Positions 35,397-45,303 of a DNA stretch of 53,870 nucleotides are shown piece by piece (within the stretch, counting starts at the first letter, position 1; the number at the start of each line of letters is the position of its first letter). Both the position numbers and the translations under genes were made by a program. The stretch comes from an archaeon (GTDB taxonomy: Archaea; Micrarchaeota; Micrarchaeia; Norongarragalinales; UBA97): positions 1 through 53,870 of the forward strand of contig JAGVFW010000016.1 in NCBI GenBank assembly GCA_020057405.1, read 5' to 3'. The notes under the pieces are model-generated. The model was not told the DNA's origin. It made no database searches and saw nothing but the letters and a program-made list of their open reading frames with translations.

Positions 35397-38300
35397 TTAG
35401 TTGTTAACGCGGATGGACTCATCCATCGGCGCCTCGCAATAGTCGCCGTATACGCTGTTGGAAGCTTGGCCAAAGCAATAGCCGCTGTAGCCCTGGGGCG
35501 GGGTGGTTGGAATCGGGCACTCGATGACGTCGTTGGCGGCGGTGTTGTCGTCAATGTATTGCGGGGCGATGGGGCAGAAGATGAGGCTGTCGCCGCTGCC
35601 TCCGCAGTTTCCGCAGTAGGCGGTAGCGCAGTACTGCACGCAATCGCATACGCCGGGGTGACCGTCCTCGCCGCAGCTGTGGCTGTGCTCCTCTACGCTC
35701 ACCTGCTTGATGTTGCAAAGCCACTTGTTGTTTTCAACGATTCTTGAACCAACGGTTTGTCCGGCTGCGTTTTTAACATTGATGCTGCCGCCGCCGTACT
35801 CGGTCTTTATCGAGCAGCCGACTTGCTTGACGCTGAGGGTGCCTGAGCTTGTGGCGGTGTCTGACGGCTCGTTGCCAAGCAAGTACTGGGACGTGGGCAG
35901 TTGCTTTAGTGCCACGGAATAGCTGAAGCTCTTGCCGTCCGCACTCGACGCCTTAAGCTCGTAGAGGCCGATGCCGACTCCGCACATCTCGGAAGTCTCA
36001 GGCGTAAAGCCCAGGCCGTCGGGCGGGAGCGCAGTCAGTTGGTCAATGTTCCAGCCCCAAGTGGAGATGGGCAGGGACATTGAGAAGTCGCGCGGGCCGT
36101 TGAAGTAAGTGTTGACTAGGTACTTGTACGGCGCGCCCCAGTAGTTTTCGATGTTGTGCACGTTTTGCAGCGAGTACTGCTCTAGAGGCGTGATGTTGAG
36201 CCAGTAGTTCGGGTCGCTTGGGTCTAGTGGGCCGGCTTGAGTGACCACGCGCTTGAAGCCGGCGTTGCAGTCGGGATCGCAGCGCGGCAGTCCGCAGGTG
36301 CTGCCTTGGGCGTCCTGCGGGTGGCAAGACAACGACTTTCGCGTGATGGTTATCTTGAGGGGCACCGAATACGCGTCTCCGCCGGCCTTGGTTGACTTGA
36401 GGCGCACGGCCCAAACGCCGTCGGTAGTGCCGCTGGGGTCAACATTGAATTGCTTGGACCAGGTCCAGGTTGCGTTGTTGAATGAAAGTTGGTTTGCGTC
36501 GTATGTGCCTAGGAACTTGTCGCCGCTGCCGTCGCACCACTGGCTGTTGCCCGTGGCGATTGGACACGAGGTGCTGCCGCGCTTCTTGAACTCGAGCTTC
36601 ATTGAGCTGACGCCTTCGCTGTAGTTCGACAGGGTAAACGAATTCTCCTCGTGGATGTCGTAGAACTGCACGCTCGCCAGCGTCTTCTGGTTTTCGGGAG
36701 TTATTGAAATGCCGAAGTTCGAGTCTGGGTTGTAGGAAACGTCGACGCCTCCGGAAACGTCGGCGCACGAGCGGCAGGACACGTTAGCGAACTGCTGGAC
36801 GATGGTTGTATTAATCCAGAGGACCATGCTCGGGTAACACGAGATTTCGTTAGTGTCGCGCCTGGTGCCGCAAAGCCAGTTGCTCATTGCAAGGGGCGAG
36901 CGTCGGAATACCGACATTGCCGCCACGTCCTTGACGCTCGACTTGAACATCGCGGGTACCTTCGACATGACGTCGCTCACGTACGCCGTTGCCTCGCAAG
37001 TGTAGCGCGCAATGTTTTCGGGATCGCCGTTGGCGTGGTTGGTGAACTGCTGGTAGAGGTGGTTGGTAGACTCGGCAGCGTGCACCCGGCCGACTAGGAT
37101 GCTAAGCCAGCTGCCAGGGCGGTAAGCGTTTAGCTCGTCTGGAATAGTAACCGTGACGCCATCTGTTTGGGAACCGCCGCCGGGATAGAACTTGAGTGGG
37201 TAGGTATTTTGAGAGTCGGTCCCGGGACCGCCAGTGCCTGCCGACATCAGCCAATAGTTGAGCCTGGCGTTTGGAGCGTCAGGATCCTCGTCATTCCAGT
37301 CAAGGTCTGGGGCGTAGGTGATTGACTTGCGCACGTCGCTCGGCTGGTTACCAGCGGCCTTAACCGCGAGGTCGGGAGCGTTGGCAGGATATTGGCCGTT
37401 ATACAGCGTGTACGCGGCCTGGTGTGACTGGCCCTTGCCGAAAATGTAGCTGGCGTCAAGGGCATTTACGCCCTGGAGGTCCTGCTTCTTGATGATGAGC
37501 ACTACTGACGCCTTCTTTCCGGTGCCGCCGCACGCCACAGTCATGTTGACGCGACCCAGTTCAACGTAGCCTGAGGCGGCCTTGCGCTGGAGGTCGTCGG
37601 GCAGGTAGAAGTTGTTGCCTTTAAGGAGCGAAGGCGTCTTTAGCGCGTTGACGATGACTACGGGAGTGCCGCCAATGTTGCGGTAGTAAAGGTAATCGCC
37701 GACAAACGGGTGGCCTGCAACGGGCGAGAACTGCACTAGCTCCTGCGCCAGTACGTCGCCGCAAATGCTCTTGAATGAAGTGTCAAGCTCCATCGGCACC
37801 GCGTCTGCGGGGAAGATGTTGTCAACGACCATAGTCATGTTGTTGCAGCCGGAAACGGGTTGGGGCTGGCCCCGGCCGTCCTGCTCGATGCGGAATACCA
37901 ACGCCGCGTTGCCGCCGCAGAAAAGCGAGTTGGGGCCAATGTCGGGCGGCAAGTCTGGCACCGACCGGTTCTCAACGTAAGGCAGGACCGTGGAGTGGGA
38001 TAGCCTGCCGCCGTTGTAGATTGTGACGTTGCCGGTTATCTTGCCAGTCGCCATCGGTGCGACGAGCACGGTGAGAGCCATTTGCTCGCCGCTTTGCACG
38101 TTACCGAGGTCGATGGCGATGTCGCGCTTGTGCTGGCTAGCGTCGTACGGGTATGTAGTGCGGCCGGCCCTATCGACATAAGCGCGCATGATGAAGTCGG
38201 CGGACGGGCCCGTGAGGTTAAACGTGAGGGTCGCTCCCGAGGCGGCCACGCGCGAGGTAATCACGTGCTTGAGCTCGACGTAGGAATCGGGGCAAGTAAG

Positions 38301-41300
38301 TTCGGGCAGGCCCCAGCTTTGCTTGCGGTAAGTGTTCTCGACGTTAGTAAAGTCACCGCCTGCTACGCAGGAGTTGACAGTGAAGAACAGGTTGTCGATG
38401 CCGCAGGTGTATGAGTGGTCGTCACCGCACGGCTGGTTCTCGTTTGGGTGGCGCTGGCGGGCGTCTGCGGGCGTTTGGATTATTGCAGTGTCTGAAGCTG
38501 TGACTGGGGAGATGACGTCAACCGAGGAGCCGGTGACGAGAACGGAAGTTGAGCCCGAGTCAACGCCCATTGAAATCTCTGCAACGTCCTGCGTGGTCGT
38601 GAGTGCGGTTGGCCACAATTCGAGCTCGCCGACAAAGTCGCGTGGGGCGGCGAAGTCAGGGCAGTCGCTGACGTCAATCGTCATCTTCGTGCCGCTGCCG
38701 GTTATTGGGTGGTTGACTTTCGCGTTGTTGCTGCTTCCGCAGTAGACGCTGAAAGTCGCGGACTTGAACTCAAGGTGTGCAGGGTCAATAGTGAAAGTGA
38801 TCTTGCCGTCAGGCAGGGGCTCAAGCAAGTCAATTGCGAAGCTCACGTTAAGCGGCCTTGGCGTACGGAACTCTGGCGGGAACTCGCCGGCCCACCTAAT
38901 CCACTCGGGCTTCGAAATTGCGTCAAAGCCGGCCTGGCCGTCGTTCTCTGACACGCTGCCTTGTGGCGTGAACTGTGAGAAGTGCTCGAACTTGGCGCAC
39001 GCCTGCGTGGTGCACGAGGCGCCCTCGTTCTTGAGCTTGAAAGAGTATGCGGCCTGCTCGGCTTGGCAGTAGTCGCGGTTGGAGTTGCTGCGTTCGGTGC
39101 CTAAGACGGCATCGTGGGGGTAGCGCAGGTAGCGCTCGGACCCGTCCCTGTAGCTTGCTGCAAACGCGCGGTAGCCTAGCGTGATGTTGGCAGCGTCAGT
39201 CCCTGAGGGAACGAAGAAGTAAACGTCAGACGAGAATGCCTTGCCCGAGGTGTTGGCACCGTTAGTCACGGCGTACGCGTCCATCCAATTAAAGCCGTTT
39301 TCGGGTTTGCCCTGCGAGTCGAAGTGGACGTTGGCGAAGAAGTTGGCCGGAGTGTAGTACTGCTCGGCGCACGAGTCAAGATTGTCTCCGCCAGTAATGT
39401 TGCCGATGGTTAAGGACAGGTCCATTGACGCCATCTTGCGCGAAGCGTTGTAAAAGTACGCAGTGCCGTCAAACGGCGCTAGTGTTGCGGCAAAGCCAAC
39501 TTTTTCGGCGTTTCTAAATGCCGAGTGGAGAGTCGCCTTGTAGGTGTGGTTCTTGTCAAGGAAGATGCTAGTGTCGTTGCAGAACGGCGAGCCGCTCGCC
39601 GAGCACACGACGCGGGCGTCAGTCAGGTCAGTCAGGCGGTAAACCAGCGTGACAACAGTTGAGTTAGGGTTGGAGGTGGATGACGGGATGAGCGGCACTG
39701 CCGCGATGGTTCGCGTTGCAAGCGTCGTGCCCTTCACTACAATGTTTGAGGAGAATGGAAGTGCGGGCGAGTCAAAGTAGCCTGAGGCAGTTGCGGTGGC
39801 GTTAAAGGCGTCAGGAAGGTCGCCCTCGAAATACCTCATGCGGAAAGTGCATGCGCGCGGGTCGCCGTCTAGGCGGCAGCCGTAGCTGACGGCGTCAAGG
39901 TAAGTGAGGTTGACTAAAGCCCCGCCAATTGGCGCGTCGGTGAAAGCGTCGCGCGGCTCGAACTTCACTACCCCGTATGCGGGGGCCACGCGGATGAATG
40001 ACGAGACTGCAAGCGCACCACCCTCGTTTGCCGGGCCGTTTACAAAAGACGCGTTGAATCCCGCCTTCTCGTTGGTGGTAGTGGCGTTCCTGGGTGAAAG
40101 GAAGGCGGTTGCAATCACATGGTCGCCAACTGCGGTCGCGTCAAGCGACGCGACTGCCGAGAGACCGTTGGACGACACTTGGCCAAAGCCTGAAGCCTTT
40201 AGCGCGCCCTGGGCGTCAAGCACGAGATAAGAGAGGCTGAGGACCGGAATCTTGGAAGACGAGTTGAAGACCACCATGGGCGCGGCGTAGGGCTGGAATG
40301 CTTCGAACGAGAAGTTGATTGAAGAGGCAGTGCAATTCCACGAGCTAATGTCAGCTGGGAAGTTGGCGCTGCAGTCGTCAAGAGCGGCGATTGGCCCGCC
40401 TTCAATCCCGTCGTCGAGAGCCGGCAGGACTTCATGGCGGTCAAACGGCGCGCGGACAACGTAGCTGCCGTTCCCTAGGCGCTCAAAACCAACCTGCTCG
40501 GTTTGGGTGAAACCCGGAAGCTCCCACTGCAGCAGGCCGAACTGGTCGATGGCGCGCTCGTTGTAGGCGACTACCACCCAACTGTTGCGCAATCCGTGCT
40601 GCGAGGCGGCGGAGTAACCAATCGAGACAGGGGCTTCTGGCGAAAGTTCCCATGGCTGTGCGATGACGTAGCCCTGCACTATTGCCGCGGGCGGCTTGTT
40701 GCGGCCGGCGAAAAGCAGTGCGTCCGCGTCGATGGTGAAGTTTACAAAGCCGTATTGGTCCACGATAAACTGTGGCGTTACTTCGATGTGCACATTGTCG
40801 GCACCGACTTTGGTGAACACCACTTTTTCGGGCCGCACGCTAGAGTAGTTGCTCTTGAATGAGAAAGCGTAGGGCCGGCGGACTTGGTTGCTGCGCGAGT
40901 CCTCGATGGTGAACACGACCTGGAGCGGAGTGCACGCATCTTGGTTCGTGCCGTTGCCCTCAAAGCAGCGTTTTGTCGAGAAGGCCGTGAAGCCATCGCC
41001 GCGGCCGTTGTCGGGGTTGGTGTCCTGTGCGAATGTCGTTGTCACGCAAACGCTGTTGTCGGGGCTGCAGCTCTTTTGCGACGAGGCGAGAGTGAATGAC
41101 TCGGAGTAGTTGTTGGCGTGGCAGTCGAGCTTGCCGTTAAAGAGCACGTCGGAATCGTACGGGTCGTAGGCAGTCTTGTTGGCGCTCTGCACGTAACTGC
41201 GCCAGTGCATTGAGAAGCCATTGCTGGCGGCATCCTCGTTGGTGCGGAAGGAAGTGAAGAACTGGCCGGCGTAGGGCTGGCCGTTGATGTTGTTGATTGA

Positions 41301-43457
41301 TACCAGGTCGAGCGCGCGGTAGGCGTTGCCGATGCCATAGTCAAGCGAGTTGTAGGCGGTGCAGCTGTCCTCAATCGAGGTGTAGCCGAAAGACTGCAGC
41401 TGGAGGTTGGGGAATGCCGAGTGGTTAAAGAAACAGGCGCCTGCGGTCGAGCAGTCGCCGTCGGTCGCGCCGGCCTGCATGAACGCGCCGGCGCCTTCGT
41501 CGGTTGCGTTAAACGAGCGGAGCGTAAACTTGGCGTTGTAGTCAAACGACTTTACAAGCTCGCCGCCCTGGGCGACAGGCCTGCCCTGCCAGTCGAAGAC
41601 GCCGTCTAGAGTCATTATGGAGGAGCCGTTGAAGCTTGTCGGAATCATTGCCGTTGAAACGCTGACGACCTGGCCGGGCTGCTCAATCCATGGCACGACG
41701 ATGTCGCTTGAGTTGAAGTAGTTTGGCGCGGTTGCAAAGAGCCGGCAGTCGACAATCCATGGCGCGGGAAGCATGCAGTGCGAGCCAGTGCAGCTGCTGG
41801 CGGCAAAGTAATCAAAGCGGCCTTCAGCAAAGTAAAGCGGCTCCTGGCACACCAAGCGCAGCCGCCCGCGGTCAAGGTCGGGAGTGACGCCAAGCGTGAT
41901 TGCGTCGTAGACACTCGCGTTCACCGTGCCGCTCTCGGGAACGACGGGCAAGTTAAGCGAAAAGTCGGTGTTGTTCTGCCCTGCAGTGAGCTCAAAAACA
42001 ACTGGCCCGCCGTGAAGCAAGGGCGTCTGGTCGCCCAGGTAATAGTTGGCGGTGATGTTGAGCACGTCGCCGGTAAGCAAATCGAAGAGCGGCTCGCCAA
42101 GGAGAGTGGTGCAGGAGGAGAATTCCACGACTCCGTCAGTGCCGGTATCGTCGCTTGCACATAAGGCGGATAAATTGTCCTGCTTTAGTCGGATGGTGAC
42201 TGCAGCGCCGGACACGGCGCGCACGCCGGTCGGGGTAGCGCGGGTGACGTTAATTGAAATCGTGGCCGGTACGACGGAATTGTTGCTGCCTGTTGCGTCA
42301 AGCTCGATGGTTATGGTCCCGGTCTGGGCCGTGAACGCTTGCGTCCCGCGGTTGTAGCCGTCCTTTGACGCCACAGCTCGATAGCTGTCGCCCAAGCGCA
42401 GGACGTAAGTGCGGCTGCCGTTAATCACTTCCTCTGAAAGAGGAAGCTGCGCGTCGCCGCGGTAGAGCTGGAGGCGCACTCCCGAAAGAGGACCTCCGCC
42501 GCGCTGCTTTACAACTATAGTAACGTTAGCGCTGGCATTGGCGGTAGCTGGGTCAAGAAGAAGCGTTATCGTGCGCGAGGGGGACATTATCTGGTAAGTG
42601 AGCCCAAGGCCATAGCCGTCGTATTCAAAGTATCCTGTCGCATTTGCCTTCGCGAAGAACCGAGTGCCGTAAGCAATTCCTGCAAAGACTGACGTGCCGT
42701 TAACCGCAACCGATGAAGCCAACTGGCGAAGCGATGAGGCGTCGATGAGCTGGGCGGATGCACGTGAGGCGATTACCGTGCCAGTCTTTGAGTCGCGCAA
42801 TACTGCGATGACCGCTCCCTTCTGGCCAGAGTGGTTGCCGCCGGGAACGATGATTTGGTGGTCGCAAGTGCCGTCATCGTCGCAGAAAGTGACGTTGGTG
42901 AAGCCGCCGCCGGGCGGGGGCGATACGGTGTTCGGAGTTCCGCCAGCCGAGGGCGGCCTGCCGGTTGTCAAGGTGACTAGGTCGATGCGCCCGCGCCGTC
43001 GTGCAGTGTCGAAAAACGCGTTTCCCTTCAGGTCGTCCTTATGCGCGCGGAATTCAAGCTGCTTTAGCGGCATTCCGACAAACACGGCGCTGCCATCGAC
43101 GGTGTTAGCTGTTGCGAGCATGACGTCGCCATCGTAGACTTCGACAACAGCGTCGGAGACGCGCGCGCCGTCTTTGAAGACCGCCACTTCAAAGTCGGCA
43201 GTCTGGCCAAAGCCGCCGAAGGTAAAGAGCAGCAGGGCCAGGATTGCGAGTAGAACTAAAACCGTAACTGGGAAACTGGGGACGCCGCGGGATTCTATTG
43301 GGTCAACCCAGTACTTGTAGACTGGCACGCCCGCCCCGTCAAGGGCATCCATAACCGCGTAGTAGCCGTCTTCGAGCTTGAGATAAATGCCCAGCAGGAA
43401 TTTTTTCAGGCGGTCGACCACAGACCCGCCGGTGCCTTCTGCTGCCCCTTCCGCCAT
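35397..43457 (-). CDS. Giant surface protein (~2686 aa): N-terminal TM, Ig/carboxypeptidase-regulatory-like stalk, duplicated ~300-aa module, Cys-rich C-terminus
   Basis: Uninterrupted ORF; ATG43457 lies 24 nt from the TTTTTAA TATA box; TM VTVLVLLAILALLLF; abundant NxS/T sequons. Confidence 0.88.
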   Translation of the reverse strand: MAEGAAEGTGGSVVDRLKKFLLGIYLKLEDGYYAVMDALDGAGVPVYKYWVDPIESRGVPSFPVTVLVLLAILALLLFTFGGFGQTADFEVAVFKDGARVSDAVVEVYDGDVMLATANTVDGSAVFVGMPLKQLEFRAHKDDLKGNAFFDTARRRGRIDLVTLTTGRPPSAGGTPNTVSPPPGGGFTNVTFCDDDGTCDHQIIVPGGNHSGQKGAVIAVLRDSKTGTVIASRASAQLIDASSLRQLASSVAVNGTSVFAGIAYGTRFFAKANATGYFEYDGYGLGLTYQIMSPSRTITLLLDPATANASANVTIVVKQRGGGPLSGVRLQLYRGDAQLPLSEEVINGSRTYVLRLGDSYRAVASKDGYNRGTQAFTAQTGTITIELDATGSNNSVVPATISINVTRATPTGVRAVSGAAVTIRLKQDNLSALCASDDTGTDGVVEFSSCTTLLGEPLFDLLTGDVLNITANYYLGDQTPLLHGGPVVFELTAGQNNTDFSLNLPVVPESGTVNASVYDAITLGVTPDLDRGRLRLVCQEPLYFAEGRFDYFAASSCTGSHCMLPAPWIVDCRLFATAPNYFNSSDIVVPWIEQPGQVVSVSTAMIPTSFNGSSIMTLDGVFDWQGRPVAQGGELVKSFDYNAKFTLRSFNATDEGAGAFMQAGATDGDCSTAGACFFNHSAFPNLQLQSFGYTSIEDSCTAYNSLDYGIGNAYRALDLVSINNINGQPYAGQFFTSFRTNEDAASNGFSMHWRSYVQSANKTAYDPYDSDVLFNGKLDCHANNYSESFTLASSQKSCSPDNSVCVTTTFAQDTNPDNGRGDGFTAFSTKRCFEGNGTNQDACTPLQVVFTIEDSRSNQVRRPYAFSFKSNYSSVRPEKVVFTKVGADNVHIEVTPQFIVDQYGFVNFTIDADALLFAGRNKPPAAIVQGYVIAQPWELSPEAPVSIGYSAASQHGLRNSWVVVAYNERAIDQFGLLQWELPGFTQTEQVGFERLGNGSYVVRAPFDRHEVLPALDDGIEGGPIAALDDCSANFPADISSWNCTASSINFSFEAFQPYAAPMVVFNSSSKIPVLSLSYLVLDAQGALKASGFGQVSSNGLSAVASLDATAVGDHVIATAFLSPRNATTTNEKAGFNASFVNGPANEGGALAVSSFIRVAPAYGVVKFEPRDAFTDAPIGGALVNLTYLDAVSYGCRLDGDPRACTFRMRYFEGDLPDAFNATATASGYFDSPALPFSSNIVVKGTTLATRTIAAVPLIPSSTSNPNSTVVTLVYRLTDLTDARVVCSASGSPFCNDTSIFLDKNHTYKATLHSAFRNAEKVGFAATLAPFDGTAYFYNASRKMASMDLSLTIGNITGGDNLDSCAEQYYTPANFFANVHFDSQGKPENGFNWMDAYAVTNGANTSGKAFSSDVYFFVPSGTDAANITLGYRAFAASYRDGSERYLRYPHDAVLGTERSNSNRDYCQAEQAAYSFKLKNEGASCTTQACAKFEHFSQFTPQGSVSENDGQAGFDAISKPEWIRWAGEFPPEFRTPRPLNVSFAIDLLEPLPDGKITFTIDPAHLEFKSATFSVYCGSSNNAKVNHPITGSGTKMTIDVSDCPDFAAPRDFVGELELWPTALTTTQDVAEISMGVDSGSTSVLVTGSSVDVISPVTASDTAIIQTPADARQRHPNENQPCGDDHSYTCGIDNLFFTVNSCVAGGDFTNVENTYRKQSWGLPELTCPDSYVELKHVITSRVAASGATLTFNLTGPSADFIMRAYVDRAGRTTYPYDASQHKRDIAIDLGNVQSGEQMALTVLVAPMATGKITGNVTIYNGGRLSHSTVLPYVENRSVPDLPPDIGPNSLFCGGNAALVFRIEQDGRGQPQPVSGCNNMTMVVDNIFPADAVPMELDTSFKSICGDVLAQELVQFSPVAGHPFVGDYLYYRNIGGTPVVIVNALKTPSLLKGNNFYLPDDLQRKAASGYVELGRVNMTVACGGTGKKASVVLIIKKQDLQGVNALDASYIFGKGQSHQAAYTLYNGQYPANAPDLAVKAAGNQPSDVRKSITYAPDLDWNDEDPDAPNARLNYWLMSAGTGGPGTDSQNTYPLKFYPGGGSQTDGVTVTIPDELNAYRPGSWLSILVGRVHAAESTNHLYQQFTNHANGDPENIARYTCEATAYVSDVMSKVPAMFKSSVKDVAAMSVFRRSPLAMSNWLCGTRRDTNEISCYPSMVLWINTTIVQQFANVSCRSCADVSGGVDVSYNPDSNFGISITPENQKTLASVQFYDIHEENSFTLSNYSEGVSSMKLEFKKRGSTSCPIATGNSQWCDGSGDKFLGTYDANQLSFNNATWTWSKQFNVDPSGTTDGVWAVRLKSTKAGGDAYSVPLKITITRKSLSCHPQDAQGSTCGLPRCDPDCNAGFKRVVTQAGPLDPSDPNYWLNITPLEQYSLQNVHNIENYWGAPYKYLVNTYFNGPRDFSMSLPISTWGWNIDQLTALPPDGLGFTPETSEMCGVGIGLYELKASSADGKSFSYSVALKQLPTSQYLLGNEPSDTATSSGTLSVKQVGCSIKTEYGGGSINVKNAAGQTVGSRIVENNKWLCNIKQVSVEEHSHSCGEDGHPGVCDCVQYCATAYCGNCGGSGDSLIFCPIAPQYIDDNTAANDVIECPIPTTPPQGYSGYCFGQASNSVYGDYCEAPMDESIRVNN

Positions 43458-43513
43458 AGCGTTAATCAATACTCAATGACTTAAAAACGCTTTGATTTGC
43501 AGAGCGGTCCAAG

Positions 43514-43555
43514 CCCCCCCTGCGAACCCGCCAACCCCCCGCACCCAGCCCGCCC
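43514..43555 (-). other. G-quadruplex-forming motif (six G>=3 tracts on the minus strand) in a divergent promoter
   Basis: C-runs of 7, 3, 6, 3, 3 and 3 on the + strand within 42 nt, between the TATA boxes at 43481-43487 and 43557-43565. Confidence 0.5.
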
Positions 43556-43556
43556 G

Positions 43557-43565
43557 ATATAAATA
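43557..43565 (+). promoter_or_regulatory. TATA box (ATATAAATA) of argS
   Basis: Ends 27 nt before ATG43592. Confidence 0.6.
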
Positions 43566-43591
43566 CTTTCACCGGCCTTACCCCTTTTGCA

Positions 43592-45301
43592 ATGACTGCA
43601 TTTGCAAACGCCGTGGAACACGCGCGAAAGCTGCTCGAAAAGTCTTCGGGCGAGCAGGGCGGGGAAATCGACGTCACCAGGCCCCGTGGCGAATACGGCG
43701 ACCTCGCATCACCGATAGCTTTCGTTCTTGCGAAAAAGCAGGGCGGCAACCCGAACGAATTGGCCGCAAAGCTCGCGGCTCAACTCTCGACGCAACTGCC
43801 TGACGCGTTTTTTGACAAGTGCGAACCGGCAGGCGGGTATGTCAACTTCTTTTTCTCCGACGCGCTTCGCGCAATGGCGCTCTCGCAAGCACTGCAAGGC
43901 GATTACGCCACCGGCAGGGAAGGCCAGGGCAGGACTTTCGTGCTCGAGTACTCACAGCCCAACGTTGGCAAGCCCTTCCACGTGGGCCACATCCGCTCGA
44001 CAATTCTTGGCGACTCGATTGGAAACTTCCTCACCGCACGCGGCTGGTCGGTCAAGAGAGTAAACTACATTGGCGATGCCGGCGCGCAAGTGTCAAAACT
44101 CGTCCTCGCGAGCAGGGAGTTCAAGGATTTGCCCCCGATGAAGGACGAGAGGGTGATGCTAAAGTACTATGTGCGCGTTCATCAAGAAATCGAGGAAAAG
44201 CCCGAGCTGGCGCAACAAGCGCAGGAAATTTTGGCCGCGATTGAGGCGGGCGACGACGCGACGCTAAAGGAAGTGCTTTTCATCCGTTCCAAGAGCTACG
44301 AGGCGTTCCAGAGGAATTACGACATGCTTGGCGTGCGCTTCGACGACGTTCTTGGCGAAAGCGAGTTCATTGCGCGCTCTAAAGAAATTGCCCACGAAGC
44401 GCTTGAAAAGAAAATCGCGTTTAAAGACGACAAGACGGCAGCACTTGTCGCAAACCTCGAACCACGGGGGCTGCCAAACACCATTCTTCTGCGCAGCAAC
44501 GGCACGACGCTCTACTTTACCCGCGACATGGCCCTTGCTGACTGGAAGTGGGGCAAGTACGAGTTTGACGAGGGCCTTGTGACGACGTCGACTGAACAAA
44601 ACACTTACTTCAAGCAAGTCATCGCGTTTTTAGGCATGCTCGGCCGCGACTACGCGCCCCGCTACAAGCACATGGGCTTCGGCCTAGTGACACTGCAGGG
44701 CGAGAAGATGAGCACGCGCGAAGGCCGCGTGGTGCTAATGGAGGACGTGCTGAATGCGGCAATTGATGAAGTGAAAAAAGAACTGTCGCAACGCGAGCAT
44801 GACTACCCTGCGAGCGAAGAGGATGAAATCGCGCGCACGGTCGGCATCGGCAGCGTCAAGTTCGCTTTCCTAAAAGTCGGCAATTCCAAAAACATTTCAT
44901 TTAACCCAACCGAAGCCGTCAGGTTTGACGGCGACACGGGCGCGTATTTGCAGTACACTTGCGTCCGCGCAAGGAACATCCTTCGAAAGGCGGGCATTGA
45001 CGCGACGAAACTAAAGGCGCCTGCGCGCGCCGATTTCAACGAGTACGAGAGGAAAGTCGTCTACGCGCTCGCCTACTTCCCGGAGGCGGTTTCCCACTCG
45101 GCAAGAAACTACGAGCCCCACGTAACTTGCGACTACCTGCTCAAGCTCGCTGCCGCGTTTAGCGAATTCTACGAAAAGTGCCCCGTCGCAACAGCACAAG
45201 AGCCCGACAAGAGCAAACGCCTGGCAATTGCCGCTGCAACCGCAAGCGTGATTGAGAGCGGCCTTGCGCTCCTCGGAATCCAAGTGCCCGCGAGAATGTA
45301 G
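43592..45301 (+). CDS. argS: Arginyl-tRNA synthetase
   Basis: EYSQPNVGKPFHVGHIRS (HIGH), KMSTREG, GAYLQY and DALR-type C-terminus ending ARM. Confidence 0.97.
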   Translation: MTAFANAVEHARKLLEKSSGEQGGEIDVTRPRGEYGDLASPIAFVLAKKQGGNPNELAAKLAAQLSTQLPDAFFDKCEPAGGYVNFFFSDALRAMALSQALQGDYATGREGQGRTFVLEYSQPNVGKPFHVGHIRSTILGDSIGNFLTARGWSVKRVNYIGDAGAQVSKLVLASREFKDLPPMKDERVMLKYYVRVHQEIEEKPELAQQAQEILAAIEAGDDATLKEVLFIRSKSYEAFQRNYDMLGVRFDDVLGESEFIARSKEIAHEALEKKIAFKDDKTAALVANLEPRGLPNTILLRSNGTTLYFTRDMALADWKWGKYEFDEGLVTTSTEQNTYFKQVIAFLGMLGRDYAPRYKHMGFGLVTLQGEKMSTREGRVVLMEDVLNAAIDEVKKELSQREHDYPASEEDEIARTVGIGSVKFAFLKVGNSKNISFNPTEAVRFDGDTGAYLQYTCVRARNILRKAGIDATKLKAPARADFNEYERKVVYALAYFPEAVSHSARNYEPHVTCDYLLKLAAAFSEFYEKCPVATAQEPDKSKRLAIAAATASVIESGLALLGIQVPARM

Positions 45302-45303
45302 AA

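Noticed and set aside
35289-35747. 152-aa + strand hydrophobic ORF across the giant-gene junction
   Set aside because: Antisense shadow overlapping two well-supported genes
28713-43457. Read-through fusion of the two in-frame giant ORFs into one ~4.9k-aa protein
   Set aside because: Needs suppression of both TAA and TAG; the downstream gene has its own SD-like motif, paralogous N-terminus and TM anchor
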